Source: Lama glama (taxonomy: Eukaryota). From it: a stretch of 64,000 nt of DNA. Shown one piece after another: positions 27,340 through 40,651 of the stretch. Position 1 is the stretch's first letter; each line of letters opens with the position of its first letter. The notes under the pieces are model-generated. The model saw nothing but the letters and a program-made list of their open reading frames with translations, searched no databases and was not told where the DNA came from. The translations under genes and the position numbers were made by a program. The DNA is taken from NCBI GenBank assembly GCA_028534125.1, contig CM052816.1:64048001-64112000 (forward strand), read 5' to 3'.

Positions 27340-28040
27340 AAGACTAGCATCTTTACCTCCATTCCCTCCTGCCCCTTCAGTGGCCTCTTTCTTCTCCATC
27401 AACCCTCACGTCCAACGGAAGGACCTTAGTTTGGTAGATTCCATCTCATCAATGTGTCTAAATTCATGCACTTCCATCTGTGCTAAACCATCTCCCTGTG
27501 GATCCCCATAGCATCTTCCCAACCCAGCCTCCATGATGCATCCTTACATGCAGATCTGACCCCTCCACTCCCTCCACCCTTAATTCCCTTCGGTGCTCAC
27601 CACTGCCAACTCCTCAGTAGGGCCTATAAAGTCATTCCTGATCCCTGCTTCCCTCTCCAGCCCCATCTGTTGCAACTTTCCATTCTTCCACCATGAATTT
27701 TTAAGTCTTAAAATGCATCACATTTTCTCTTACTTCCATATCTGCTACACTCTTCCGCCCTGCTCCCCATCCTCCTTATTTAGCTAAGGTGTCACCTCCT
27801 CACAACTTTTCCTTGATCCCCTACACCAAGTCCAAGTGCTCCAGGTAACGGTATCCCCTTGCCTCTCCCATCATAGCATGTTTCTGGCCACACTGTCATT
27901 GCATGGTTCCTTCTCCACACAATTCAGTGCAACTTGAGCTCTGGGAGAGAAGAAACTGGATCTGTGTCACACCTAGATCCTTAGGGCCCAGAACTACCAT
28001 GATGCAGATACTTAGTAAGTATCTGTCTTGTGAATAAATA
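27340..28040 (+). mobile_element. L2 3' remnant
   Basis: Pyrimidine-rich L2-type sequence ending cttagtaagtatctgtcttgtgaataaat. Confidence 0.55.
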
Positions 28041-28499
28041 ATAGTACTCACTATAATGTATTAAAACTTATCTGAGCTAATGAATGGTAAACTTGGTGTG
28101 ACAGGGACTGAGTATAGAAAGACAAATTAGCGTCTGAAATCGAGGGAAATTTTTTTAGGGCCAATTAAGTATAGGAAGGTTGTACTTTCAACCATCCCAA
28201 GTTCTAGTCAGTATTGGAGAGACACAGAAAATCACTCAATAGCAACTCAGAGCCATGTAATGGGTCAGAGGAAATGGTATCAGCACAGAGGTCAAAGAAC
28301 TCCATTAATAATCTAATTCTCCTTCAGAAAAACACAGACCACTGTGAAAGTTGATTCATTTTTTCAAGCTATGAAGAGCGTACCCTAAGAAAAATATTAT
28401 TTGGAAAAGAACACTAAATAACCTATGTATCATTTATTAGTCTTGAAGATCAGTGTTTCTCTAAACATATTTAGATTCCACGCAAGACTATGAGAATCC

Positions 28500-28700
28500 T
28501 TTTTTTTAACCTTTTTTCTTCTTTTTCTTCAGTTGTATTGAGATCTATTTGACATATAACCCTGTATTAGTATAAGGTGTACAACATAATAACTTGATAC
28601 AAGTATATATTGCAAAATGATTATCAATATCCATTAGTTAATATCCATCACTTCACATGGTTATTATTTTTTTGTGTGATGATGATTCTTTTTCTTTAGC
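28500..28700 (-). mobile_element. L1 3'-end fragment
   Basis: T-rich tail then ttgagatctatttgacatataac...aaggtgtacaacat...ttgcaaaatgatt. Confidence 0.7.
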
Positions 28701-29279
28701 ACACTTAAACACAATTTGCAGAAGTGTATTTAGTTGAGCATTTATTTGTTGAATATTTGACTCTGCCACTAGCCTTTAAGCTATGGTAAGGGTGAGAATA
28801 ATGAGTGTTTTGTAACCTCAGAACCCAGCATGGTGTTCTAGCACTTAGTAGGTGTTCATTAAATATTTGTTGTCTGAATGAATGCATACATGAGTGCATG
28901 CATATGTGGGAAAACACACACAAAACACAGCCCAGGAGTTCCCTCATCCTTGGAAAAATACTGAGCATTAGACAGGAGAAAGTCATCATGAAACCACTCT
29001 GATGAAAGACAAGAAGAATGAAGGGCAGAGATGAGCCAAGGTCACAAATGAGTCAGTTTTTTTTTTTTTTAATGGAGAGACAACCAAAAATATGGAGCCA
29101 AGAGGAGAGATGCTATGATAGACCACTGACTGATAAATTCGGAGCTTGCTACACCACTGAGCTGTGAATAAAATCCTGCTTACCTAAACAGCTAGCAAGT
29201 TTATGCATTGTTTGTGTTTTGCTTAGATGAGAACACCACGGCTGTCCCGTCAGACTCCATGTTCAACTGTCCCAATCAA

Positions 29280-29445
29280 CTGCCGGTTGTAATTAGGGAG
29301 TGCTGGGGAAGGCCGTTGGAGAGAAATCAGCGTGCATATTTTGTCTTTCGTTGTGCCTGGCTCATTTGAATGATAATGTATTGCTGTCTGGGGTGTAACA
29401 CAGACTGCGTTGAATAATGAGGCAGCTCTGGACTCCTGGTACCTG
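29280..29445. promoter_or_regulatory. Putative enhancer / duplicated non-coding element, copy B
   Basis: Paralogue of 18181-18357; 53/62 identities in the core by manual alignment. Confidence 0.65.
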
Positions 29446-29919
29446 AGTGGCCGGTTAGTGGCCATCGACAAAACAGGAGCAGAATCTCTGGGCAATAAAA
29501 AGATGATCTCAGTGTGGCAGGAGACAGATGCTGGGAAATGCCCCTCTGCAGGTACTACCAAGAGCTTCCATCACTGAGAGCTTCATTTATTTTACTCATA
29601 GTCATTTTTCCAGCTGAGAGTCTTAAAAGCATCTGGCCAGTGGCATCCTGAGGTGATGAAACACTAGGGTGGGAGGCCAGAGGAGGTACAGAATCCCCAT
29701 CTCTGAGGGATGCTTAACGCCCATGAGCTGGCTATCTGTTTTCAAGGATTCAGAGGAAAACTTGGCTCAACTCAGCGGAAAGAGCCAGATGACAGCTGGA
29801 GGGCCCTGCCAGTTTGGGGATTTCAAATATCACTTTATTTTTGTTAGCACAGATATTCCTCGTAAGATGCCCATGTGGCTGTAGACACCTGGTCCTAGAA
29901 ACCTGAAGCCAGGTAATGG

Positions 29920-30460
29920 AAGCAGCATGGTAGGTGATTAGGAGTGTAGTTTCCGGATCCAGACTGCCTGGATTTAAAGCCTGATCTGCCACTTACCAGC
30001 TGTGGGACAGTTGTGTACCTCAATTTCTTCATCTATAAAACGGAAAGAGGATAATAATCGTATTTACCTCATATGAAAGTTTGCTACAAGGTTTAATTGT
30101 GTAAATCAGTGTAAAGCACTTAAAACAGTGCCTTATACACATTCAATACCCAATAAATATCGGTTGTTATCAGTATGGCTCAGTGCAAATGCCAGGAGAC
30201 ACTCGAGGTGGCACAGCATGACTTAATGGGATTGGTGCAGGCTCTGGAGTCAGACCGATGGGGCACCACTCAGCTACCTACTAGAGAGGTCACCTTACCC
30301 TCCTGAGCCTCAGCTTGCTCATACATAAATGGGAACACCTACTAGTAACAACTTCATAACACTGCTGTGAGGGATTGATCACACAGTACATGCACTGAAA
30401 AGAGTGTCGGACACAGGCACATAGTACATGCTCAACACTGGATGCTAATAATGCTACTAC
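29920..30460 (+). mobile_element. Two tandem MIR SINEs, followed by a short (CAT)n run at ~30485-30510
   Basis: ccagactgcctggatttaaa...ctcaatttcttcatctataaaa and gctctggagtcagac...tgagcctcagcttgctcat...gtgagggatt. Confidence 0.75.
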
Positions 30461-32034
30461 TGTGCTGCTCTTGTCACCGTTGTTGTCATCTTCGTCATCA
30501 TCATCATCAGAAACCACCATAAGGAGTCTTGTTTTTAGGCAGTAGGCAATGGGGTGTCATGAAATGTCCATTTGAGGAAGTATCTGTCCAAATCAGGGTT
30601 ATTGAAATCTTACTCTGACAGCCAGTTAGAAAGTGGACTAGAGAGGGTAAATCTTGGGAGAGAGACCAGTTAGAAGGCTTCTGCAATGATCAAGGCAGAG
30701 GATGGTAACTGCAAAGTCATCCTTTGAAATCCCTTAACCAGGACCTACACACTACAATTAACCTATTTTATTTCTGTTTGTTCTTCTGCTGTGCCATCCT
30801 TTTCCCTGGGGGTACTGATGGGCAAGGTCTAGCTTCCTTGAAAAAAATGACAAGGCAAGTGAAAAAAAATCTCTTTTCTTTCTCTCTCTCCACACATACA
30901 CACACCGCTCCCACATAAGCATATATTGTTTAATTTGTCTCAACTTAAATATACTGCCCAACTCTATTAATAATAAATATATCACACCAAGACTTCCTAA
31001 AACCTTTCTGGAACAAGACATGTTATTAACGCACAGATAAATTATGTGGGTGACCTAGGGATGGGGGAGTAGGGGAGGGAGTAAGAAGTAAAGATATTTT
31101 GAATCTGTACCTAGACACCTATGCTGATAAAGGAATCTCGGGTAACAATCTCATAAGCCTTCTGAGTCCCGAGCCTCAGAAACCTCAGACGGAGCAGCGA
31201 GGCTGCAGCTTCTCCCCACCCCTATCTTTGGTGCCCACCCCCCTACACTTTCCTTCAGTCTAAACACTCTTTCATACAGGAGGTTGAGCCCACCCCACTC
31301 CCAGTGACAGGACACACCTTCTCCCTCATCTCCCTGGGCTTGTCAGCTGAGCTGGGATACATGAATGGCAAAGCATGCCGAACTGGAGCCCAGACGGTGC
31401 TCATCATCCTGTCACCGGGACAAAGGAAGGAAATTCCGTTATGTCACCTTCCACAAGTGAGAGACAGCGACAATGTCCCCTGTAAACACCGCACTGACAC
31501 TGTTATGATGCATCTCAAGCACTTCTAATCAGCATGGAAGTGGAGTGACTGCCGAAGCTCTTCAGCCTAAAAGATGCCATTCAGTTGGAATTGTGGTCTC
31601 CTGCTGTCACTGAAATGATCTTGCTAGGAGCATCTACTGCTCTCTGCACCCATCGCATCAGACACAAACAGAGAGAGAGAGTATCTCCTACCTTTGCAAA
31701 GTACGTTCACCTGTTTGGTACTCCAGGTGAGCACCGGAAGTCAGGAGCATTTAAACTGTTACCACAGTTTCACCTGTATTTACACACTGGCCTCTCTGTA
31801 TTTCTTCCCCTCCAAATTATAAAAAGGGAAAAGGTTTTTATTTCTCTAGTTCTGAAAAGGAAAAGTGCTTTTATTCTTGAAGTTTTGAAGAGGGAGAAGG
31901 CTTTCCTTTCTATAACTTCTTACCAACAGCAGCAATGGGCTTGAGTTTCTAAAGGTTTGGTCAATACTACCCAACTGTATAAGTGTTTCTAGTTTAAAAC
32001 TGGCTTGTTTTCTCTCTGCAAATGACATATTAAT

Positions 32035-32625
32035 TACAGGCATTATCTTAACTGTGTGATCAAATTTAACATACCAATAATGGGACAAACTGACATCATG
32101 GGCTACCTCATATGATAGGTAGGACTCAGAAGGACAGAACACCACTTGGTGACACTCCTGCTGAAACAGTCATAACCTGACTTGAATAGTGAGGAAATAC
32201 AAGACAAACCCAAACTAAGGGAAATCCACAAAACAACAAGGCTCTACTCTTCAGAAATGTCAATATCATGAAAAATAAATAGCTAGACTAAGGAATTATT
32301 CTAGATTAACGGAGATTAAAGAAGACTGTATGATAGATTGTAGTACTGAATCAATGTTAAATTTCACAAATTTGATTATTATATTATAGTCTTATAAGAG
32401 AATGTTTTTGTCCTTAGGAGATACATGTTGAAGTAGTTGGGGAGCAAAGTCTGCAACTTACTATCAAATGGTTTACCACACGGTAATAAAAATGTGTATA
32501 TGCATGTGTGAGGACATATACAAAGAAAGATAAAACAAAAATGGCAAAATAGTAACCACCTGAAGGATAAATGGGTGTTTGCGGCATTACTCTTGCAATT
32601 TCTCTGTAGGTTCAAAATTTTCAGA
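32035..32625 (+). mobile_element. L1MC-type 3' fragment
   Basis: gacaaacccaaactaaggga...tcttcagaaatgtcaatatcatgaaa...actgaatcaatgttaaattt...cttgcaatttctctgtagg. Confidence 0.7.
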
Positions 32626-32699
32626 ACTTTCAGACCAAGTTGCCCAAGGGGAGGGCACCAGCCGGGGCAAGGGGCATAATGAGTCTGCTTACCCAATAA

Positions 32700-33960
32700 A
32701 GATGGAATATCAACGAAAATACAGAAGAATATCTTCCTGACATTAGAGGTAGGAAAGCATTTCTTAAACAGGACACCAAACACACTAACCATAAAAGAAA
32801 TGTTAGTAAATTAAATTACACTGTAATTAAGAATTTTTTTCATCAAATGAAATTTTTAAGGATGAAAAGTCAAGTCAAAATCCAGAAAGGATATTTGCAA
32901 CATACAAAACCTACAATGTGATGGTATCCAGAAAGTATAAAGAAAACTTCTTATACTAAGTCAAGAGAAAATTGGGCAAAATACATAAACATGTATTTCA
33001 GAGTGGAGGAAATACATGGCTCATAAATATAAGAAAAATGGTTCAACTTAATAGTGATTAGAGAAATGGAAATGAAGACCATAACAAAGTAACAATTTGC
33101 ACCTAGAATGGCAAAACTTAAGAAGTTAATAGTATATGGTGGAAAAAATTTAGATCAACAAAACTATTTTATCCTACTAAACAGGAATGTAAATTGATAT
33201 GGTCACTTTGGAAAACAACTTGGCATTGGTTTGCACTAGCTGCTCACTAAATCCACTTTATTTTCCTCCTAGAGACACAGAAAGACTACATTTCCCAGCC
33301 TCCATTGCTCTTAGTGGTGGCCATGGACTGAGTTATGGCCAACGGAATGTAAGCAGAAATGATGGTACCACTTCCCTGACTTGCAAATAAAACTTCCTCT
33401 GTGATCCTCCAGTCTCCCACTTGCCCATCTGTTAGCTATTTGCACACTCCCAGAATGACTCTGGAAGCCTCATTTTCAAGATAAGGGGCTTTCATCATCC
33501 TGGATTCCTGAATGACTAGGTGGAAAGGAACATACCTCCTCACCCAAATGCCACCCCAACTGCAAACAGGCTTTACATGAATAAGATTCCTTCTACTGTG
33601 TTAAGTCCCTGACATTTTGTGTGTTTTCTGTGGCAGCAGCTAGCGGAATTTTTTAAATAAAGGTTTTAAGTTGAACATTTACAAATGCTACAACCCAGGA
33701 ATTCAGTTCCAGAAAATGATCTAGAGAAATTCTTGCACATGTAAACAAAGAGGCATATATAAGAATGTTCTTAGCAGCACAGATTGATATAGGAATAAAC
33801 TGGGGGAAAATCCCACTGAAGAAGAATGGATAAGTAGATTGGGGTTAAATATAAATATATATGTGTATATATGTATATATCATACAATGGATTATTATAC
33901 AGCAGTTAAAATAACCAAAGTACAGTTACATACAACAATGTGGATGAATTGTAAACCTCA
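32700..33960 (+). mobile_element. Old L1M ORF2 3' remnant, interrupted by an MLT1 LTR
   Basis: aggaaagcatttcttaaacaggacacc...actttggaaaacaacttggca; L1 resumes after the LTR with gagaaattcttgcacatgt...aagaatgttcttagcagca. Confidence 0.7.
33230..33645 (+). mobile_element. MLT1I/J-type MaLR LTR
   Basis: gactacatttcccagcctcc...ggccatggactgagtt...ggccaacggaatgtaagcagaa...tgttaagtccctgacatttt. Confidence 0.7.
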
Positions 33961-34924
33961 TCTAAGATGATGCCATGGTAGCCACATAGTCATTTACATG
34001 AAAGTGTGTGGGTGGTGCCGATATACGGCTTCAGGGCAGGGAGGGCCCTAGAGCAGCCAGGCAGGGCCCCTTCCCTCTCCGCTCCCCCTTCTCCCATGAC
34101 CCCACCCCTGTCCAACACTTCACCTACATTTCCTTCAAGCCACACTCAGGAAAGTGACCAAGCACACCTCCCTGACACACACCCTCCATGCATTCCCTGT
34201 GTTACTTCTTTTGCTTGCTAACCCATCTTGAAGGTCTGCCTCTCCCCACAACAATTCTGAATGTCAAATCCAGGGAGGAGGGAAGAGGGAATGGGAACTG
34301 ATATGGACACATCACCAGAGGCATCGGCACCCCGCCGCATGGCAGGTGGTAAGCAGGCAAGAAGGAGGGTCATGTGTGCACACAGCCAGGGACACTGGAA
34401 CGAGTGAGTCCCTGGGCAGAGCCAGGGACAGGCCACTGTGTATGATTAGTCAAGTTATGCAACAATATTCTAACCTAATTTTGTATTGTTACTCTCATTT
34501 TGCTTGCTTGATTTTTCTTGCAGAAATGGCACTGTGCACTGAAGCTACAAGGATGAGTGGAGGGCTCAAATCTTTCAACCCAGGTCCCTGACATCCTTAA
34601 AATATGCTGGTGCCCTCCCCTTGGGCAACTTGGTCTGATATTCTGATCTGCTCTGTTATGTTCAGTAGGGGCCAAAGGGCTTCTGAAAACAAGCCCTTCA
34701 TTCAAGAAAATAATACAAACAACAGGGATTCCAAGCAGTAGTGCCAGCCCACAACGGAGCCATTCCTCATCAGAGTTCTTTCACACTTCAGAGGCAGGAG
34801 CCAGCTCTGCTCCTTCTAAAGATGGCCCCTGGGTTAGAAAGATTGGACAAAGCTGTGAGATTCTCAAAGACTTCTCAATGATAATGAACCCTTTCCTATC
34901 TGAGATGGAGCAGGAAGCATGAGC

Positions 34925-35520
34925 TTGCTCCTAGAGCTGCTATGCCCTCTCTGCATGTGACCTTGGGCAGATCGCCTGCCCTTTCAGCCACTCACTTACC
35001 TCTTCTGTCCAGTGCGGGTAATAACAGTACCCACCTCACAGGGTTGTCTTGAGAATTAGCTGAACATAATGTGCACAAAGTTCTTACCACATTGTCTGGC
35101 ATTCACTGGACAGTAAATAAATGCCATCTACTTTTATTATCACCAACCTTAAACAAAAAGCTCTCACTTTTCACATGGCGAAGAGGACATATGTGAATTC
35201 TTCATGGGGTGCTCCAGCTGCCTCCTTCCTCCCTACTTTTCATCCTCCCCATCCACAGTCCTCTCATCTAACAGCCATCACTCATCAAGGTAAGCTGGAC
35301 TCCTAGGTCAGACTGCCAGGGTTCAAGTTCCAGCTCTGCCACTTCCCCGCTGGGTCACCTTGGGAAATATGCTTAACCTCTTGGTTCCTCAGTTTCCTCA
35401 TCTGTACAAAGAGGGTGACAGCAATACATAGCCCTTAGGAATGTCATGAGGACTAACTGAGATAACACATGGAAAGCATTTAGAACAGCACCTAGTACAC
35501 AGTAAAGGCTCAGTAATCTT
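34925..35520 (+). mobile_element. Two MIR SINEs
   Basis: tgtgaccttgggcag...cccacctcacagggttgt and gtcagactgccagggttcaag...cctcagtttcctcatctgta. Confidence 0.75.
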
Positions 35521-35776
35521 GGGAGAATTAACTCAGAAAAATGGAGGTTGGAGAGTTAAGGCACTAACTGAAAGAAACTGTTCTTAATTTTGTTTGGCTT
35601 GAATGGAAAGACACCAATGATACAATCCCTCACAGAGACCTCACATCCCTTGTTTGTGATGCTTTAGGTATATTATTTAAAGTGAGTTTCTGTCACCAGT
35701 CATTCCTGTGACGAGTTATTCATCTCACTGTAGACACAGTAACATAAAATCTGTAAAACAAAAGTGTGATGCTACC

Positions 35777-36177
35777 TGTATTAGTCAGGGTTCTCCAGAG
35801 AAACAGAATCAATAGAAACCAATAGAAGTGTATCTGCTGTGAACAACATGGGGGTTAGGAACACCGACCCTAAAGTGTCCAAAATCCACGTATGACCATA
35901 CAGCCGGCCCTTCGTATCTGAAGGTCCTCTATATCCGAAGTTCCACATCCATGAATTCAATCAACTTCAGATTGTGTCGTACTGTAGTATTTATTGAAAA
36001 AATCCTGCATATAAGTGCACCTGTGCAGTTTAAACCTGTGTTGTTCAAGAGTCATCTGTATACTGACTTAAATGTCAAACCCATCCAAAAACTACCTTCA
36101 CAGAAACATCTAGAATAGTGTCTGACCAAATACTTGGGTACCATGGCCTAGCCCAGCTGACACACAAAACTATCACA
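35777..36177 (-). mobile_element. MLT2 LTR with the middle missing, hosting a Tigger element
   Basis: tgtattagtcagggttctccagagaaacagaa start; ctagcccagctgacacacaaaactatcaca end. Confidence 0.75.
35834..36058. mobile_element. MER8/Tigger2-type Tc1-mariner MITE
   Basis: tgaacaacatgggggttagg...aaaatccacgtat...tgttgttcaagagtcatctg followed by TA. Confidence 0.75.
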
Positions 36178-38039
36178 GTATCGGAAGCAAAACTACTCTG
36201 CATCCTGATACAGTGTTTCCACCCTTGTTTCCACACAACCCTGCCATATGAACCATTCCTTTAAAATCCAGACCCTCAAAAGGGGCCAAAGACTCTGGCC
36301 GTGAGCCTCCTGTTTGCTGTGCCTCCAGACTCTGATGTAGACCGATGTACCACAGCCTTTTAGACCCACATCCAAGGAACATCCAAGCACAGCCTGAATT
36401 GCTATCATGCCACTTTTGGTGAAGCTGCTAGCTCCACCCACATTAATTAACAGATATTCTCTAAGGTCTTACGTTTGTCATTAAACAGATCATCAGTCTG
36501 AAGAATAACACTCAGTACATTTCTCAAGCAATCACTCTAAGCTAGAGCTCTCATTCTCACTTGTCCTTTGTATCAACAAAAACTTATTTTCCCTTTCAGG
36601 ATCCTGGTAAAGGAAGGCAAGAGAAGATGTCAAACAAGCCATTTGCTATGGCAGGTTCAGGGAGGTCAGAAAAGTTCCCTGAGGGAAGGAGGATTCAGTC
36701 TGAAGGCAAAGGGTGAGCTGAGATCCAGTGGGTGAAGAAGAGCAGTTGAGAGAAGGGTCTTGTGGAAGGGGAGGGGGCTCTACCGGGGCCTCGCCCAAAT
36801 CCCCAAGCCCACCCCAGACAGCACCTGCAGGCCAGCCAGGTACACAGTGGTTTCCAGGTCCTCGCCTGAGGGCACTGTCTGGCAATTGCAGAATTAACAG
36901 GTGAGAGGTGGAAGCAGCCTGGACTAAGGTGGTGGCAGGGATGCAGAGAAACGGAGAGGTCCAGATATCTCTACAGGAAGAATGGACAGAACTTCATGAT
37001 GCATATTGAAAAGGGAGATGAAGACGTAGGGGTGGATGGGTGATGACGAACCACATACTCACATGAACTCAACTCCAGGAATACTTCTCTCTTCCTTTCA
37101 AATAGTTCTCTCTGCCTTCTCACCCAGAGCCATCCTGATTGCCATGCCTGGTCAATCCAGACATGAGACAGTGACAGACAAATGCCCAGGAGTCATGGAC
37201 CTCCCAATCACAGAGCCACATGCAGATGCCACCCTTGGGTCTGACCAAGAACCAAGGGCTGGAACGGTTCTGAGACTGTCCAGGCAGCCTAGGGCACCAA
37301 TACACTTCTGTAAGAAGAGTAGGGTCCGAAGGGCTTAAAAAAGCTCCTTTCAGAATTTTCTTTTTCTTTTATTGCCTTCCCATAGAGGATTATAGATAGC
37401 TGAAGTTTGTGAGTTGGATTACTTCCATCTATAAAATAAAGACTATAAAGTCTTTTCACCCTAATCAGAAAAAGTATCCTTTTGTCCCACTGTATTCATC
37501 AATATGTCATATTTAACTGCTACAATTATTGACAGGTATATAAAATGTTTGGTGACAGCGAAAATAGCTTCCTATAAAGTGTTTATTCTTTTTTATTGAT
37601 AATAAGTTGGCTTCCCTGGCCCTACCAAGAGAATACAGACCACTAACAAGAGATCAAATCCATTTATATGGCTTTCTACAATCATCGTTTTTACTCTGGG
37701 GCTCTGTTCTAGGCCCTGTCTTTTAAATTTCAGCATCCGAGGGAGCTTGGAGCCCTAAAGCAGGATCATATTACTTCTGTAATGAGGAAAGTATAATTCT
37801 AATAGCATCATTTACTACACCCTTTCATTTTTCTTCTTCAAGACAGACTGTACTCCTGTGTGCCTGTGACTTGAATCTTTAAAAGAGAAAAATTTCAACT
37901 GTAAAGAAATATTAATCAAAGGAACTGTCTGCAGGCAATGCCAGGTGGGCACCATGCACCACAATAATACTGTATTAATAATAACTATAAATATAATTGC
38001 TACTTGGATTTAATGACTACTGTGTACCAGGCATTTCAG

Positions 38040-38200
38040 CAAAGCCACAATTTCCAGTTGTGCCTTCCACAAAGGTGTCTGGCTGAGGGGCAGGTGGGAA
38101 GTGAAATCCACTTGCCAAATTCTTTGTCCTTGTGCAGGCTGCGTCATCCTGAAGCCAGGGGTGCCTCTTTGTGATGTGCTATCACATGTGCCAGGAGATG
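38040..38200. mobile_element. MER91-like hAT-Tip100 element
   Basis: ttgtgccttccacaaaggtgtctggctgagggg...gtgaaatcc resembles the MER91 core. Confidence 0.45.
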
Positions 38201-40625
38201 TCCTGCCTATATCCTATTTCTGACCCCCAGGGCACTGATATATTTCACAACAAGGAAATCCAAGTCTGAAAAACCAATGTTTTTTCTCATGCAACGTTGC
38301 CTTTCTACAGAAAGAGAATCAACAACCTGAATTACTATTTTTTTAATTCTAAGGGAATATTGACCAGAGATAGAATTGGTTTGTCTACTGGTTTCACAAA
38401 CACAAGTTAATTTACTCACAGGATGAACTTCAGCAGAATTTGTAGAGGCTATAAGCGTGGTCTCCAGGAGCTTACATTCTCATGAGAAAGACAAGCTGTC
38501 TGGGTGATAAATTATAACTCTAAAGAGGATAGGAGTTCAAGACAGGGAGAAATTGCTGCTCTGAGATGCTCACAGAGTGTTTGAGGGAAGCTTTGAAGGA
38601 TGAGAAAATTGGGTACACAAAGATGCAGTGGAATTCCAGGCAAAGGCAAGGAAGCTGCCCCGTGCAGTGAGATGAGGCCTCCACTATCCCTGTTCTGGCC
38701 TTAGCCTCCTGATCTCCTTTCTTATAGAATCAAATCAGCTGGATCCTTTCTGTCTTCCACCTTTTCCTTCCCAGCCCAAGTGCCGTGTTTCATCACACAC
38801 ACCCAGCAACATTCAAAGCTCTATGGAGCCCCCATCACCTTCTTTGCACTCATACTGGTCAGTTGAAGCCTGTGAGAGACGTGTGGATGGTGCTGCAGCT
38901 TCAGGGCACCCCACTCTGGACCCTCAGGAGTGCCCCCAGTTTCCTAGGAGCTCTCTTCGTATTCACAGAACTGCTAAGTCAAAACTGCAGCCTCCCTGGC
39001 ACTCACCTCGCAGGCAGCCTCATCAGCTCTTCCTCTCCTGCCCTCACTGTCACCCAATAAGCCTGTGTCCCAGGTGTCCCTGCCTGACACTCCTGGCAGA
39101 GGGAAGGCTGGGCACTTTCTCCATCCATCACCCTGGACCTCATCTCCGCCAGAGGTGTTACTGGGGTATGATCCCCTCTCACCTCCATTCTCGACGTCTT
39201 CTTTCACTTTCCTTTAGTCCAAACAGTTATGGACTGTTTCCTCCCTGCCCTGCACTGCTGTGGGGAGTCGACAAGAGTGAACAGAGCACACAACCACACA
39301 CAGCCTGCCTGGGATGACAGTCCAGCTCTCCTTACCCCATGCCTCTTCCTCCTCAGTGATGAACAGGCCCCAGGCTCCACCTGAACTTCACAACTTCCAT
39401 GCCTCCATCTTGCTTGCAGCATCCCAGCCTTTGCCTCTGCGTTCTTGCCCGAATGGCTTTCCCACCCCATCCCTCCACTCTGCTCCTGCCTTCCACCCAG
39501 ACTACCCACATCTGGGGCCTCCCATATGCTCTGACCTGTCCTACGGCTCTCATCTCCCACTCACTATGAGAAACAGCAGAATGATTTTCTGTCTCCCTAA
39601 CCAAACTGTAAGACCACTGCAGCCCCAGACTGGCCTGCTGGTCTGTGTCCATGGTGATCAACAGAGAGCAAGTAAGTGTGGTGTCCACTGAATCCCAATG
39701 GGCTCTCTGATCACAGTGAGCTCCCCTTCCTCTCAGCACAGGCTGAGGTGCTCCTCGGCAGGCACGAGGTCTCAGCTCCTTCAGAGGAAATGCAGGCCGG
39801 GCCCAGCACTTTGGGACCATGGAAGATTCTCTCAATTTCTGCAATGTAACCAACTTCTTTCAGGCTTCCTTTCATAGGGGAGAAAGGAGAAGAAAGCTAG
39901 CCTAATTCTTCCCCTTTTCACATATAAAGGTTCTGTCTTGCTTTGCTTTGCTTTTTGTGCCTCTAATTCTTACTGCTTTAAATACTAAAATTTGTACTAG
40001 ACCTCACTCAGTTTTTAACACAGACTTCTGGCATTCTAAACTCAAGCCATGGTTTCTCTGCCTCTGCAAAATACCCTAATCATTATCCTCAAAAAACGGG
40101 GATGACGAAATGACCACAATTTCCCCCACACCCAGACCTCATCTTAGAAAGAAGTAAGCAGAAGGATGAAGCAGCCTGTGCTGGAGCACAGACTTGAAAG
40201 AGACCAAACGTTTACCAGATGGACAGTTTAAAGTATGCAGGGCAGAGAAACGACTGATGGACAAGTTACGCTTTACCCCTGTTGCCCAGGGGGGTGGGAT
40301 GGATACAAGAAATGATCTTGGGCTCACAAGGACATCAGACTGATCACAGAAGATAAAGTGATCACATCTTCTTGGGGGTGGGAGGAAGGAGCAGAGCATC
40401 CCCCAACCCTCAGCCTTGGCTCCAGGTGAACAAGTGCAGGACGAACTCACCTGGGGTGTGGGTTTGCTTCCGCACATGCCCAACCACTCCCACTGTAGCT
40501 CTCACATCCTCTCAATCCAGTTCTGAGGGGCATTCAATCCACTGGACCGTAAGGCCCAGCTCTGCCTGAAACTTGGCAGAAGTCCTGCTCCAGGAAGTGA
40601 ATAGTTTTCCACATTCCCATGAAGC

Positions 40626-40651
40626 AAAAAAAAAAAAAAAAAAAAAAAAAA
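40626..40651 (+). repeat. Poly(A) mononucleotide tract
   Basis: Uninterrupted A run read directly. Confidence 0.95.

Noticed and set aside
18204..29561. Shared peptide HYNSNEPGT / HYHSNEPGT in minus-strand ORFs 18204..18398 and 29250..29561, suggesting duplicated exons
   Set aside because: A by-product of the nucleotide similarity. A 1-bp indel in the core breaks the shared frame, and conservation is block-like rather than codon-like.
31478..31505. tgtaaacacc resembling the miR-30 5' end
   Set aside because: Diverges after 8 nt and has no complementary arm; better explained as a forkhead site.
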